A DNA stretch of 64,000 nt from an uncultured Candidatus Saccharibacteria bacterium (GTDB lineage Bacteria > Patescibacteriota > Minisyncoccia > Phycocordibacterales > 2-02-FULL-43-11): contig CAYGDO010000001.1 in assembly GCA_964348785.1 (NCBI GenBank), positions 21,724-85,723 of the forward strand, given 5' to 3'. The notes under the pieces are model-generated. The model searched no databases. It was not told the origin of the DNA and saw only the letters and a list, made by a program, of their open reading frames with translations. Made by a program: the position numbers and the translations under genes. Position 1 is the stretch's first letter. Each line of letters starts with the position of its first letter. This document shows positions 39,873-50,743 of this stretch, one piece after another.

Positions 39873-40259
39873 CTAAACCTGCAAAATAAAAAAACTTATT
39901 CCATACAAAATTAAACCGCCAAAAATTAAAGGTAAAGCTAACCAAAATATAAAACCCACAAAAAGAAATAAGGTAGCAAAGAGCGTAACAATTAGACCAA
40001 AAATTATAGTTGCACTCCTTATAAAGAAACCGCTAATTCTCATCAGAATGTTAACGATAAAATCGGTAAAAGCATTGGAGTGTCCATATTCATCTTTTGA
40101 AAGACGTTTCCAAGGAGAAAACAAAGTCTCAGTCAACAAACCAATTGAGAAAAAATTAGTTAAAAACCAAATAAGATTCTTTGAGACTCTAACATAATCT
40201 GTTAAAGCTCCCACATAATGCCACGCTAAATAAGTTGGAAGGATAGTTAAAAATCTCAC
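39873..40259 (-). CDS. small integral membrane protein
   Basis: 128 aa, four hydrophobic helices. Confidence 0.4.
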   Translation of the reverse strand: MRFLTILPTYLAWHYVGALTDYVRVSKNLIWFLTNFFSIGLLTETLFSPWKRLSKDEYGHSNAFTDFIVNILMRISGFFIRSATIIFGLIVTLFATLFLFVGFIFWLALPLIFGGLILYGISFFILQV

Positions 40260-40294
40260 ATCTAATATTATAACTTTTTTAAAAAACTAAATCA

Positions 40295-41101
40295 CTACCT
40301 CTTTATAAAAGCTCTATCTGAAAACCTCAAATCTATGTATTTAAAAAGTGGGTTGCCTTTTTCCATCTCTTGTTTTATCAAATCTAACTTATTTATAGTT
40401 TCATCTAAAATAAAATCTTCTGACAACTTGATTTCTGAATCAGATTTCAAAGAAATAACATAAAAACCCTCATAAACTGCTATCCGGTAAACTTTCCAAT
40501 CAAATTTTTCTAGAGCATTAGCCAAATCAACCACCTTTTTTACATCACCAAAAAAATTATCGCCGATTTTTGGTGATGTTGTGCTGACCTTGTCATCAAT
40601 TAAAAATATTTCAGTTTCAAAATCATTTTTGGAAAATTTTTTAAAAGCAAACCCTAGATCATCCACAATTAAACACTGCTCAGGTAAATCCTTTTGGCTA
40701 TAACACCAAACAGCAAATCCACTTCTCTCTGAAATTTTCAAAGTTAAATTCTTTAAACCGTCAAAATTAGCATCCAAATCTTTAACAATCGGATCTAGCG
40801 CATAAACCTGACCAAGAAAATTTTTCTTATCAAAAAAAATAAAGTTGTCGGTATCGATTAGGCCAAATAATTTTTGACTCTTTACGTTATCAAAAATTTT
40901 ATTAAGAGAATCTGTCGATATTTCTTTATTACCTACAACAGAAAAATTTTTAATAGAAATATAGTCTGAAGAGAAAAAAACATTAAGGCCAAAAAAAACA
41001 CAGCCAATTAAGATTAAAGATAAAGAAAACAAGAAAAAATACTTGGTTCTACGCTTTTTTTGCAATTTAGGTGAAGAAAGACATGCTTTTCGCAATTTCA
41101 T
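40295..41101 (-). CDS. membrane-anchored protein, possibly FtsQ/POTRA-like
   Basis: 268 aa, N-terminal TM, IKNFSVVGNKEIS region resembles FtsQ POTRA. Confidence 0.35.
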   Translation of the reverse strand: MKLRKACLSSPKLQKKRRTKYFFLFSLSLILIGCVFFGLNVFFSSDYISIKNFSVVGNKEISTDSLNKIFDNVKSQKLFGLIDTDNFIFFDKKNFLGQVYALDPIVKDLDANFDGLKNLTLKISERSGFAVWCYSQKDLPEQCLIVDDLGFAFKKFSKNDFETEIFLIDDKVSTTSPKIGDNFFGDVKKVVDLANALEKFDWKVYRIAVYEGFYVISLKSDSEIKLSEDFILDETINKLDLIKQEMEKGNPLFKYIDLRFSDRAFIKR

Positions 41102-41112
41102 CTAAATTAGAA

Positions 41113-42378
41113 TTATTTGCTAATGATATTTTTTCCAAAATATTTATGTAGAGCTTCTGGTATCAAAATGCTTCCATCCGCTTGTTGAAAATTTTCAACC
41201 ATAGAAACCAAAATCCTAGGAGTTGGAATAGCTGTGCAATTTAAAGAATGGGTATATTTTAATTTTCCATCAACATCTTTATATTTCGTATTAAATCTTC
41301 TTGTTTGAAAATCGTGAAAATATGAAGCTGAAGAAATTTCTCTATATTTATTTTCTTTTGGTACCCAGAGTTCAATATCATATTTCTTAACCTGACCAAG
41401 ACCTAAATCACCACCACAATTTAAAACAGTGTGATACGGAATGCCCAGTGATTCAATAAATTCTTCCGTGTTTCTATTTAATTCTTCGTGGTACTTAACT
41501 GACGTTTCGTGACTAGCTTCACATAAAATAACTTGTTCAAGTTTATAAAATTCATGAACACGAATGAGTCCTTTTACATCCTTACTGTGACTTCCTGCCT
41601 CCCTTCTAAAACACGGGGAAAATCCGATATACCTTTTTGGCAACTCATTATGATCTAAAACTTCATCGGCATGATAACCCATAACAGGCACCTCAGCCGT
41701 TCCAGCCAAAGCATCTTGGTCTTGAGTCATATAATAGTCCTCAACATCTCCAGGCAAATGACCGGTACCATACAAATTTATCTTTCTAACAATTACCGGC
41801 GGAATAACTGGAGTAAAATTCTTTTTTGAAAAAAAGTCCATTGCGTAATTCCAGATAGCAAAAGATAACCTTGCTCCTTCACCAGTTAAAAAATAACCTC
41901 TAAAACCGTGAACTTTCGCCCCTCTTTCAAAATCAACCATCTTTAAGTTAGTCATGAGTTCAACATGGTCTTTAGCGGGAAAAGTGAAATTTGGTTTGTT
42001 GCCCCAAGTCTTCACTTCTTTATTTTGAGCGTCACTATCACCATCAGGCACAGACATATCAGGAATATTAGGCACTTGAAGCATCAGCGCTTGCCACTCA
42101 CCCATTATTTTTTTCAAAGATTCTTCATCTTTTTGCATTGATTCTTTCAAAATTTTCATTTCAGAAAGCAATTGATTTTTTTCCTCAGGAGTTTTCAAAG
42201 AGGCTATTTTCAAAGACGCAGAATTTTGTTCTGCTCTTTTACCTTCGACGGAAAGAAGGAGTGCTCTTCTTTCATCATCTTTCTTTATTAGTTCATCAAC
42301 GGAAAAATTGACATGCTTTTTCTTTGCACCTAATGCCACTAAATCCTTATTTTCCCTTATGAACTTTATGTCCAACAT
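41113..42378 (-). CDS. serS: seryl-tRNA synthetase
   Basis: 421 aa; N-terminal coiled coil, class II motifs (FRREAGS, GLGQ...). Confidence 0.9.
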   Translation of the reverse strand: MLDIKFIRENKDLVALGAKKKHVNFSVDELIKKDDERRALLLSVEGKRAEQNSASLKIASLKTPEEKNQLLSEMKILKESMQKDEESLKKIMGEWQALMLQVPNIPDMSVPDGDSDAQNKEVKTWGNKPNFTFPAKDHVELMTNLKMVDFERGAKVHGFRGYFLTGEGARLSFAIWNYAMDFFSKKNFTPVIPPVIVRKINLYGTGHLPGDVEDYYMTQDQDALAGTAEVPVMGYHADEVLDHNELPKRYIGFSPCFRREAGSHSKDVKGLIRVHEFYKLEQVILCEASHETSVKYHEELNRNTEEFIESLGIPYHTVLNCGGDLGLGQVKKYDIELWVPKENKYREISSASYFHDFQTRRFNTKYKDVDGKLKYTHSLNCTAIPTPRILVSMVENFQQADGSILIPEALHKYFGKNIISK

Positions 42379-42454
42379 ATAAAAATATTAAAACCTAAAA
42401 TTAAAAATGAAACCTTAGTAACAATAATATCAAAAGTGATAAAATAAAGAAACC

Positions 42455-43309
42455 ATGGAAAAAACAATTATTGAAACAAAAATAATTCCAAGACGTCTAA
42501 AGGAAATTCCCGATCCTCCAAAAAAATTATTCATAAAAGGCAAAATACCTGATGAAAACTTTAAATGGCTTTGCGTTGTTGGTTCAAGAAAATATAGCCT
42601 TTATGGCAAACAAGTCACTGAAAAACTTATTAAATCTCTACGAGGTCTTCCTGTTGCCATCATTTCTGGCCTTGCTATTGGAATTGATTCGATAGCCCAC
42701 GAATCAGCGCTAGAAGTTGGCTTGCCCTGTGTTGGAGTTCCGGGTTCAGGGATTGATGACAAAGTCATATATCCAGCCCTTTCTAAAAATCTAGCTAAAA
42801 ATATTGTTAAAAATGGCGGATGTTTAATCTCAGAATTTGAACCGGATTTTAAAGCCACAACTTGGAGCTTTCCAAAAAGAAATAGAATTATGGCCGGACT
42901 TTCAGATGCAATATTAGTAATAGAAGCGGAGATAAAATCCGGCACTCTTATTACCTCAAAACTGGCGACCGAATACAACAGAAATGTGCTGACAGTACCG
43001 GGGTCTATTTTCTCTTCCAATTCAGAAGGACCAAATATGCTAATAAGACTCGGCGCCACCCCAATAACAAATGAGAACGATTTAAAAGAAGCTTTAGGTT
43101 TTAGCACTGAGCAACTAAATTTAAAAAAAGATTACAAAGACTGTTCCCAAGATGAATTAAAGATTATTGATCTTCTAAAAAATCCAATGGAAAAAGAAAT
43201 GCTTATAGAAATATCAGAAATGAATATAGGTAAAATAAACTCGATCATCTCTATTTTAGAAATTAAAGGAATTATAAAAGAAGAAATGGGAGAAATAAGA
43301 CTTGTTTGA
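42455..43309 (+). CDS. dprA: DNA processing protein DprA (Smf)
   Basis: 284 aa; CVVGSRKYSLYG, GLAIGIDSIAHESAL, Rossmann-like fold motifs. Confidence 0.8.
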   Translation: MEKTIIETKIIPRRLKEIPDPPKKLFIKGKIPDENFKWLCVVGSRKYSLYGKQVTEKLIKSLRGLPVAIISGLAIGIDSIAHESALEVGLPCVGVPGSGIDDKVIYPALSKNLAKNIVKNGGCLISEFEPDFKATTWSFPKRNRIMAGLSDAILVIEAEIKSGTLITSKLATEYNRNVLTVPGSIFSSNSEGPNMLIRLGATPITNENDLKEALGFSTEQLNLKKDYKDCSQDELKIIDLLKNPMEKEMLIEISEMNIGKINSIISILEIKGIIKEEMGEIRLV

Positions 43310-43763
43310 CTAAAATATAATTTGATTGCAATATCTAGGGAGAATGCACCCCAGACAGGCTATACTAGAAGTGGTAATTGGGGATACCATATCGCTCCCC
43401 AAAATGACCACAATAGTTCCTACGGTGGATAGTAGCCACACGGAACATATAGATGAAGGAAGAGAGGCAACCGTAGTTGAAGTAGACGGAAATAAAATCA
43501 CGGTTGAAATATTGGTTTTAATACCAACTTGCTATGGCGAACTCGAGGGCAATTACCGAAAACTCCACCGAATAACTTTCGTAGGAGAAGCAAGGTTTGG
43601 CTTAAGAACAATAAGAAGAACACCTCCAAAAGTCGCCCCCATACCAGAAGAAATTGGTGGCTGGTAACCGCAAGACTCTGCAACAGCGGAGTATTTTTTT
43701 GCAAAATTTTATACACAAATTTGCTCATTTTTTATTTTCCATGTAATACTTAACTTACAAAAT

Positions 43764-45962
43764 ATGAAATTGCTCATCGTGGAGTCGCCTTCAAAAGCGA
43801 AAACTATAGAGAAATATCTTGGAGGTAAATACAAAGTTGTAGCTTCGGTTGGACATGTCCGAGATTTACCAAAAAGCAACAAAAAGGCTATTGATATAGA
43901 AAATGGCTTTATTCCCCATTACGAAATTTCACCCGGTAAGGAAAAAGTAATAAACGAAATAAAAGAGTTGGTTGAGAAAGCAGATGAAGTACTCCTTGCG
44001 ACAGACCCTGATCGAGAAGGCGAAGCGATTGCTTGGCATTTAAAAGAAGCCCTGGGTCTTAAAAAATCTAAATTTAAAAGAGTCACATTCCACGAAATTA
44101 CTCCTGAAGCAATAGAAGAAGCTATAAAAGAACCGAGAGATATAGACGATAATTTAAAAAAGGCTCAAGAGGCAAGAAGGGTACTGGACAGAATTGTGGG
44201 GTACGATTTATCAGGTTTAATTTGGAAAAAAGTTAGATACGGTCTTTCGGCTGGCCGTGTCCAATCTCCCGCTCTTCGTATAGTAATGGAAAGAGAAAGA
44301 GAAATCAGAGCTTTCAAAAGTGAAAAATACTGGATTATCAGTGCAAAAGTAAAAACCAAAAAAGGTGAATTTTTTGAATTAAATTGTTCCAAAGAAATAT
44401 TTGATGAAAAAGAAGCAGGAAGAATTCTTGAAGTCGGTAAAAAAGCTAATTGGCAAATCTTAAAAGTAGATGAATCTGAAACTACCAGATCCCCACGTCC
44501 GCCATTTATGACTTCAACTCTCCAGCAATCAGGGAGCACCCGTCTTGGTTTTTCTCCAGGAAGAACTATGTCTATTGCTCAGAAACTCTACGAAGCTGGT
44601 CTCATTACATATATGAGAACAGACAGCACTCACCTTTCAACAGTTGCCGTCGCAGAGATAAAAGAAGCTGTAACAAAAAATTTTGGAGCAGAACATTTTT
44701 CTGAAAGAGTTCACAAAAATAAAGTAAAAAATGCTCAAGAAGCACACGAAGCCATTAGACCAACGCATGCAATAGATAAAAATGCTGGCAATGGCCCTGA
44801 TTTTAAAAAGCTATATGAATTGATTTGGAAAAGAACCGTCGCCTCTCAAATGACCGATGCCAGATTATTTAAAACCCGAATCTCTATATCTATAGAAGAT
44901 AAAATTCCTGAATTTTCGGCAAATGGTAGCCGTCTAATATATCCAGGATGGCTCTTGGCTGATCCAGAATCACGAGGAGAAGATGTCGAATTGCCAAAAG
45001 TCATAGAAGGTGAAAATTTGGAACTTATAGAAATAAATTCCACAGAAAAAGAAACCGAGCCACCAGGAAGATACACAGAAGCCGGACTCATAAAAGAATT
45101 GGAAAAAAGAGGAATTGGTAGGCCTTCAACCTACGCCTCAATTATGTCCACGCTTGAAAACAGAGGTTATTTAATAAAAGAAAATAAATCATTAAGACCA
45201 ACGGATACAGGTGAAGTCGTCAGTGATTTTATTGAAACAAATTTCAAAGACTATATTAGTGACACTTTTACAGCTGACATGGAAGACCAACTAGACCAAA
45301 TAGCTGATGGCACTCGTGAGTATGAAAAAACTCTCTCCACCTTCTACAAACCATTTCATAAAGATGTAAAATCCAAAGAAAAATTGGAAAAGGCCACAAA
45401 TTTGGGAGACGCCGATCCAAAATTTAAATGTCCAAAATGTGGTGATCCAATGATCATAAAACTAGGCCGTGGCGGAAAATTTATATCCTGTAAAAAATAT
45501 CCAGACTGTGATGGTGCTCTAACTATTGAAGGTGTACCACTTGAAGGACCAAAAGAAACAGGTGAAATGTGTCCTGACTGCCCGAATTCAACAAATCGTG
45601 CAATTCGAGAAAAACCTGGAAAACTTTTACAAAGAGATGGCCGTTTTGGAAAATTTATCGCCTGTTCAAATTATCCCAAGTGCAAATTTATTAAAAATGA
45701 CGAAAGTGTAAAACCAAATAGCAGTGGTGTTAAATGTCCGACTTGTACCGAAGGTGAAATTGTAGAAAGACGAGGTAGATTTGGAATTTTTTGGAGTTGC
45801 GCCAATTATCCAAAATGTAAATTCGCCATCAAAGCAAAACCGACAGGAAAAACTTGTCCTATGTGCAATTCTTTGATGATGCTTGGAACAAAAACCATAC
45901 CCGAACGTTGTTCAAATAAAACTTGCCTCAACCATAATCCTCATAAAATTTCTAAACCGTAA
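43764..45962 (+). CDS. topA: DNA topoisomerase I with C-terminal zinc ribbons
   Basis: 732 aa; Toprim MKLLIVESPSKAKT, DPDREGE, active-site region and four CxxC zinc-ribbon repeats. Confidence 0.9.
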   Translation: MKLLIVESPSKAKTIEKYLGGKYKVVASVGHVRDLPKSNKKAIDIENGFIPHYEISPGKEKVINEIKELVEKADEVLLATDPDREGEAIAWHLKEALGLKKSKFKRVTFHEITPEAIEEAIKEPRDIDDNLKKAQEARRVLDRIVGYDLSGLIWKKVRYGLSAGRVQSPALRIVMEREREIRAFKSEKYWIISAKVKTKKGEFFELNCSKEIFDEKEAGRILEVGKKANWQILKVDESETTRSPRPPFMTSTLQQSGSTRLGFSPGRTMSIAQKLYEAGLITYMRTDSTHLSTVAVAEIKEAVTKNFGAEHFSERVHKNKVKNAQEAHEAIRPTHAIDKNAGNGPDFKKLYELIWKRTVASQMTDARLFKTRISISIEDKIPEFSANGSRLIYPGWLLADPESRGEDVELPKVIEGENLELIEINSTEKETEPPGRYTEAGLIKELEKRGIGRPSTYASIMSTLENRGYLIKENKSLRPTDTGEVVSDFIETNFKDYISDTFTADMEDQLDQIADGTREYEKTLSTFYKPFHKDVKSKEKLEKATNLGDADPKFKCPKCGDPMIIKLGRGGKFISCKKYPDCDGALTIEGVPLEGPKETGEMCPDCPNSTNRAIREKPGKLLQRDGRFGKFIACSNYPKCKFIKNDESVKPNSSGVKCPTCTEGEIVERRGRFGIFWSCANYPKCKFAIKAKPTGKTCPMCNSLMMLGTKTIPERCSNKTCLNHNPHKISKP

Positions 45963-45970
45963 AACATAAA

Positions 45971-45990
45971 TACAAAGGTTCGACCTTTGC
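45971..45990. repeat. variant copy of palindromic repeat immediately after topA stop
   Basis: tacaaaggttcgacctttgc. Confidence 0.6.
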
Positions 45991-46134
45991 GGTTATCATT
46001 GACTTAATGGGTATATTTGTGTTAAGGTTTTTTTGGAATAGTTAGCCGAACTTTCCGAACCGATGAAAGTCTTCTCGGGTCGGGAGACTTGGGAAGATGC
46101 CTGAAAGCCATCAGTTCCAACTAGGCAAATTGAC

Positions 46135-46833
46135 ATGAACGAACAGACAACCTTCGGTGGACTCAACCTCAACAACCTGGACCGCACGCCGATCTGGTTG
46201 AGAGAAATTATCGGGCACCGCGATTTTGCTCAAGCCCTAGCATGGGCTGAGGCCCAAAAGAACCGGAGCGATTCCTACCACAAATGGGGATGGCGAGTTG
46301 CGCTGCTCGGGATGATTTTGACACTTCTCATCTTAGGGTTCTTTGGCCTAGCACTAAAGCATAAGTTCGAGATTCCCCCGCAAAGCGTGATGACCTTGTT
46401 TTTCTTACCGGTCATCATAATCTCTGTTGGGCTATACCTGCTCTATACATCCAGTGAGCATAAGCGCAAGGCTAACGAAGCCTTGAAGACAGAATTTTTC
46501 AAGATCACTCCGTTCATTGACCTGCTCACAGAGCTAGGGCTCGGACACATTTTGGTGACAGAATCCCACCACGGAGTGGGAAAGGAAGTCGAGATAAAAT
46601 TGATTGAATTCGCAGAGAGAGTCCTCAGTCTGGAAATTGAGTTCTCAAAGATCAGGTCAAGAGGTACCGGAATGGAGGGTTTTACCGATTTAATGCAGTT
46701 TGGTGATGGAATTCGCCAATTCAGGGGACTGTTAAACGGACTATGTGGTCATTTTGTACCCTGGAAGATGCCCTTCCAAATCGGACAGATTTTCAACAAA
46801 GCGGAAAACAGGATCCCCAAACCCGCCGCCTAA
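46135..46833 (+). CDS. membrane protein, hypothetical (moderately GC-rich)
   Basis: 232 aa, 2-3 TM segments, terminator at about 46850-46885. Confidence 0.45.
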   Translation: MNEQTTFGGLNLNNLDRTPIWLREIIGHRDFAQALAWAEAQKNRSDSYHKWGWRVALLGMILTLLILGFFGLALKHKFEIPPQSVMTLFFLPVIIISVGLYLLYTSSEHKRKANEALKTEFFKITPFIDLLTELGLGHILVTESHHGVGKEVEIKLIEFAERVLSLEIEFSKIRSRGTGMEGFTDLMQFGDGIRQFRGLLNGLCGHFVPWKMPFQIGQIFNKAENRIPKPAA

Positions 46834-46962
46834 TCCGCCGCCCCAGCAAGCTTTCACACCCCGTCCTCCATGGATGGGGCTTTTTTATATTCAAATATAC
46901 ACCGCGGGTAATTCTTTGTTATTCTCCTTGCACATATTTTAAATGAGCTATAACCTATAGTT

Positions 46963-48495
46963 ATGGCCACCTTTGAAGAAATAACAGCTCCAATAAAAGA
47001 TTTGTCTGAAAAGGATAAAAAACTTATTGAAAAAGCCTACAACTTTGCCGAAATTGCCCATAAAGAACAAAAAAGATTTTCTGGCGACCCGTATTTTTTG
47101 CATCTAACAGAAACGGCGAAAATTTTAGCGGAAACCAATATGGGAGCTTTGACGATTTCTGCTGGTCTTCTACACGACTCCATTGAAGATGCCAATGTAA
47201 CTCCTGAAACTATAGAAAGAGAGTTTGGCAAAGAAATAAAATTTATGGTTGAAGGCGTGACCAAACTTGGCAAACTTCGATATCGAGGAGCAGAAAGATA
47301 TGTTGAAAGCCTTCGAAAACTTTTTGTAGCAATGTCCCAAGATCTACGAGTTTTAATTATTAAACTTTGCGACAGACTACACAATGTAAGAACGCTCCAG
47401 TATGTCAGGCCGGAAAAACAAAGGCGAATCGCTCTTGAAACTCTTGAAATATATGCCCCTCTTGCCTACAGATTGGGAATCAGAAAACTCCACAGAGAAT
47501 TGGAAGACTTGTCTTTCCCCTACGTCTACCCTGATGAATACAAAAAAGTAAAAAATCTTTTAAAAAAGAAAAGCAAAGAAAATGCAAAAAACCTAGAACA
47601 TTTCCGCAAATCAATAATGAAATGTCTGGCCAAAGCTAATATAACAAGAGTTCACATTGATTACAGAATAAAAGGTCTGTACAGTTTATATAAAAAATTG
47701 GAAAGAAAAGAATGGGACATTGATGTCATCTACGACATTATGGCCACACGTGTGGTGGTAAAAGATGTTGAAGATTGTTACAAAGCCCTGGGTTTGATAC
47801 ACGGACACTGGAGGCCTCTACCGGGACGTATTAAAGACTATATTGCTTTTCCAAAACCAAACGGCTATCAGAGTCTTCACACCACAGTCTTCACAGGAGA
47901 TGGAAGTATTACAGAAATCCAAATCAGAACGGAAGAAATGCATAGAGAATCCGAGTACGGTATCGCCTCGCATTTTGGCTACAAAGAAAGTTTTGACCAA
48001 AAAAGCTTAAGAAGTAAAAACTCTTTCTCTTGGATAACACAATTTATGCCTTTATTTAATGCATCGGAAAAATCTGGAGAATTTGCCAAAAGCGGCATTA
48101 TAAATGCCGACATACCCACCTGGCTCAAAGAATTAGCCAAAGTAGAAACGATGGCGGAAGAACACGATGAATTCATAAAAGATATAAAATCGGACTTTTT
48201 CAAAACCAGAGTTTTTGTTTTTACACCAAAAGGAGATGTCGTTGATTTACCATCAGAGGCAAATCCTATAGATTTTGCTTATGCTATACATTCAAACATT
48301 GGTGATCATATGTCCGGAGTAAAAATAAACGGCAAACTGGTAGCCATTGATACACCCTTAAAAAATGGCGATATTGTTGAAATTGTTGCAAAAGAAAATT
48401 CTAAGCCAACGACACGTTGGGTTGAAATGGCAAAAACCAACCTAGCCAAAAGACACATAAGAAGTCTATTAAGTAAGAAAAATAATAGAAAATAA
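46963..48495 (+). CDS. rel: RelA/SpoT-family (p)ppGpp synthetase/hydrolase (short, HD + synthetase + TGS)
   Basis: 510 aa; HD motif HLTETAKIL...HDSIED, synthetase RVHIDYRIKGLYSLYKK...DIMATRVVV, TGS-like C-terminus VFVFTPKGDVVDLP. Confidence 0.8.
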   Translation: MATFEEITAPIKDLSEKDKKLIEKAYNFAEIAHKEQKRFSGDPYFLHLTETAKILAETNMGALTISAGLLHDSIEDANVTPETIEREFGKEIKFMVEGVTKLGKLRYRGAERYVESLRKLFVAMSQDLRVLIIKLCDRLHNVRTLQYVRPEKQRRIALETLEIYAPLAYRLGIRKLHRELEDLSFPYVYPDEYKKVKNLLKKKSKENAKNLEHFRKSIMKCLAKANITRVHIDYRIKGLYSLYKKLERKEWDIDVIYDIMATRVVVKDVEDCYKALGLIHGHWRPLPGRIKDYIAFPKPNGYQSLHTTVFTGDGSITEIQIRTEEMHRESEYGIASHFGYKESFDQKSLRSKNSFSWITQFMPLFNASEKSGEFAKSGIINADIPTWLKELAKVETMAEEHDEFIKDIKSDFFKTRVFVFTPKGDVVDLPSEANPIDFAYAIHSNIGDHMSGVKINGKLVAIDTPLKNGDIVEIVAKENSKPTTRWVEMAKTNLAKRHIRSLLSKKNNRK

Positions 48496-48506
48496 AAAAA
48501 AGATGG

Positions 48507-48731
48507 TCAAAACCATCTTGTCCAATAGTGGTTAGTTAGAAAAAACCCCAACCACAACGCCGTCATCCAATAAATAACACGGTACATCTTGTTGGCAATT
48601 CTAGCCCTCTCTACATTTCGTGAGGTGCCGTTGATCAGAGCTAGAATTCTAGTCCTTGAGACCATGCGACGTCCGGTCATAAAAGCCACTACTGGCACGA
48701 TCACAAACCCAAACACGTCGAGAACATTCAT
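48507..48731 (-). CDS. small membrane protein, hypothetical
   Basis: 74 aa hydrophobic ORF. Confidence 0.3.
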   Translation of the reverse strand: MNVLDVFGFVIVPVVAFMTGRRMVSRTRILALINGTSRNVERARIANKMYRVIYWMTALWLGFFLTNHYWTRWF

Positions 48732-48808
48732 ATTGGTATTTCGTGTAAATCGTTAAAAACAATTGTAATTAAAGAAAACAAAAAAATCAATAAAAAAGAC
48801 GCCCCCAA

Positions 48809-49039
48809 TTAGGACGCCCGACCGATAGGAAAAAGAAAGGCAAGCGTGATCAAAAAATACAGCCCCGCCAAAATTACCGTAAAAAACCACGCGACCGCAG
48901 TCGCACAGCCGGCGCTTACCCGAAGCCAGGTATCGCTTGAATATCGAGTCTGCCGTCTCATGAAAAATGCTAAACAGTGAACACTCGCGCAAAGAATGCC
49001 CGGGCCCACAACAAAAGCGAAAAATTGCAATGCTGTCAT
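48809..49039 (-). CDS. small membrane protein, hypothetical
   Basis: 76 aa, two hydrophobic helices; overlapping alternative frame 48753-48992 less convincing. Confidence 0.3.
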   Translation of the reverse strand: MTALQFFAFVVGPGILCASVHCLAFFMRRQTRYSSDTWLRVSAGCATAVAWFFTVILAGLYFLITLAFLFPIGRAS

Positions 49040-49116
49040 TGAGTACTTTTACCTTTCTACAAAAACATTAACACAAAATTTGTTCAAAGTAAATACTGTC
49101 TGAATTAAACCCCAGC

Positions 49117-50094
49117 TTATACAGAAAAATTCTTTATAGAATATAGATCCTCACTATTTTCTTCAGCAACTTTTTCTTCCTTACTTCTATCGTCTATTGG
49201 AGTTTCAAGCTCTACATTTTGTGTTTCTTTCGGAATATTTACCCCTTCCGTGTTTGAACCGAGATTATTGGCATTTTCCAATTTTTGCATTATATCTTTC
49301 AAATCATCAACAGAGAAAAAATCTATAGAAATTCTCCCGCCAGCTTCTTTCTTTTCTATACGCACTCTCGTACCCAAAAATACTTTTAGCTTATCCTCCA
49401 TATCAATCATATCTGGATCAATCATTCGATCAGGACGTCTAGCTCTTTCATAAGCAATACGTCTTGAAATTCCTTCGGCTTCTCTAACCGTCATTTTTTT
49501 AGCCATAATTTCTTTGAACAAAGTTCTTTGTTCCTCTGGTCGGTCAGTTAACATCAAAAGCGGTCTTGTATGCCCTTCAGTAATTTTTCCTTCAGCGAGA
49601 GCATCAATCATTTCTTCCGGCATATTCAAAACACGAAGAGTGTTTGCAACATATTCCCTACTTCGTCCCATCTTCTTTCCTATTTCACCGTGCTTCAAAC
49701 CAAATTCATCAACCAATCTTTTGAAAGCTCTGGCTCGATCAACCACATTTAAATCCTCTCTTTGCAAGTTTTCAATAATGGCCATCTCAAGTCTTTCTCT
49801 ATCAGAATCCTCCCCATCTCTAATCAAAACTGGTACTTGAACAAGTCCGGCCAGTCTAGAAGCACGCAATCTTCTTTCGCCAGAAATAAGTTCATACTCT
49901 GTAGAAAAACTACCGTCATCTCTTGCAACCTCTTTTCGAGTTACTACCAAAGGTTGCATCACTCCATACATTTTTATTGAATCAGAAAGTTCCTGGAGTT
50001 TTGCTTCATCAAATTCTTTTCTTGGCTGAAAGGGATTGGGTCTTATCTTATCAACCTCTACCCAAAATATTGCATCGTTAAAAAATTGAGACAC
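49117..50094 (-). CDS. parB: ParB/Spo0J chromosome-partitioning protein
   Basis: 325 aa; GERRLRASRLAGL ParB box, HTH region. Confidence 0.8.
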   Translation of the reverse strand: MSQFFNDAIFWVEVDKIRPNPFQPRKEFDEAKLQELSDSIKMYGVMQPLVVTRKEVARDDGSFSTEYELISGERRLRASRLAGLVQVPVLIRDGEDSDRERLEMAIIENLQREDLNVVDRARAFKRLVDEFGLKHGEIGKKMGRSREYVANTLRVLNMPEEMIDALAEGKITEGHTRPLLMLTDRPEEQRTLFKEIMAKKMTVREAEGISRRIAYERARRPDRMIDPDMIDMEDKLKVFLGTRVRIEKKEAGGRISIDFFSVDDLKDIMQKLENANNLGSNTEGVNIPKETQNVELETPIDDRSKEEKVAEENSEDLYSIKNFSV

Positions 50095-50186
50095 GTTTTT
50101 GTGAATTAAAATAAAAGATTATTTACATTTTAACATAAAAAAACCGCCCGGGAAGACACGGAGCGGTGATGAAGGTGGCATTTTGT

Positions 50187-50672
50187 TCAAATCTCACCGA
50201 AAAGTCGGTGGACAGAGATAACCCGTTCATAGTAAAACCTTGCATCTCTAGGCCACCGACGCATCATCTGACATTCTTCAAGGTAGGCCGTCCTAATAAT
50301 AAAAAAGTAGTAGGCTCCCGCGATGAGGAGTGCAAGGGCAGAATGATCGTAAGCAAGAAACACCAAATCAGCGACGATGTACGATGCGTAGGCGGGATGG
50401 GCGACAAACCGAAACGGTCCGTCCACTTTTAGCCTGAGGGCCCCCTGAACCATTTGTCGTGATAGGGAAAACAACACCCAACCGACAAACAAGATCCAAA
50501 GGACGATACCGACCTTGAGGAAAACGATGTGTTCCTGGGGCGCCTTCGCCCACAGAAAACGGTACGAAAACCAGTACCGGACGACCGCCAAGGCCATCAT
50601 CAGATACCAGTTGAAGTTGGAACGAAAAGACAAAGAGCTTGTATTCATGACTCGCGAGAAATTAACACTCAA
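50187..50672 (-). CDS. isoprenylcysteine carboxyl methyltransferase (ICMT/PEMT)-family membrane methyltransferase
   Basis: 161 aa; GPFRFVAHPAYASYIV motif. Confidence 0.6.
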   Translation of the reverse strand: MSVNFSRVMNTSSLSFRSNFNWYLMMALAVVRYWFSYRFLWAKAPQEHIVFLKVGIVLWILFVGWVLFSLSRQMVQGALRLKVDGPFRFVAHPAYASYIVADLVFLAYDHSALALLIAGAYYFFIIRTAYLEECQMMRRWPRDARFYYERVISVHRLFGEI

Positions 50673-50743
50673 TTATTGATATGTCAAACATTTATACCCG
50701 GTCTTGAATAATCAAAAATTTTAGAATAAACTATCCCCTACTT

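Noticed and set aside
40295-41101. Confident FtsQ call
   Set aside because: Only the TM + POTRA-like pattern fits. There are no adjacent ftsA/ftsZ, so it was kept at low confidence.
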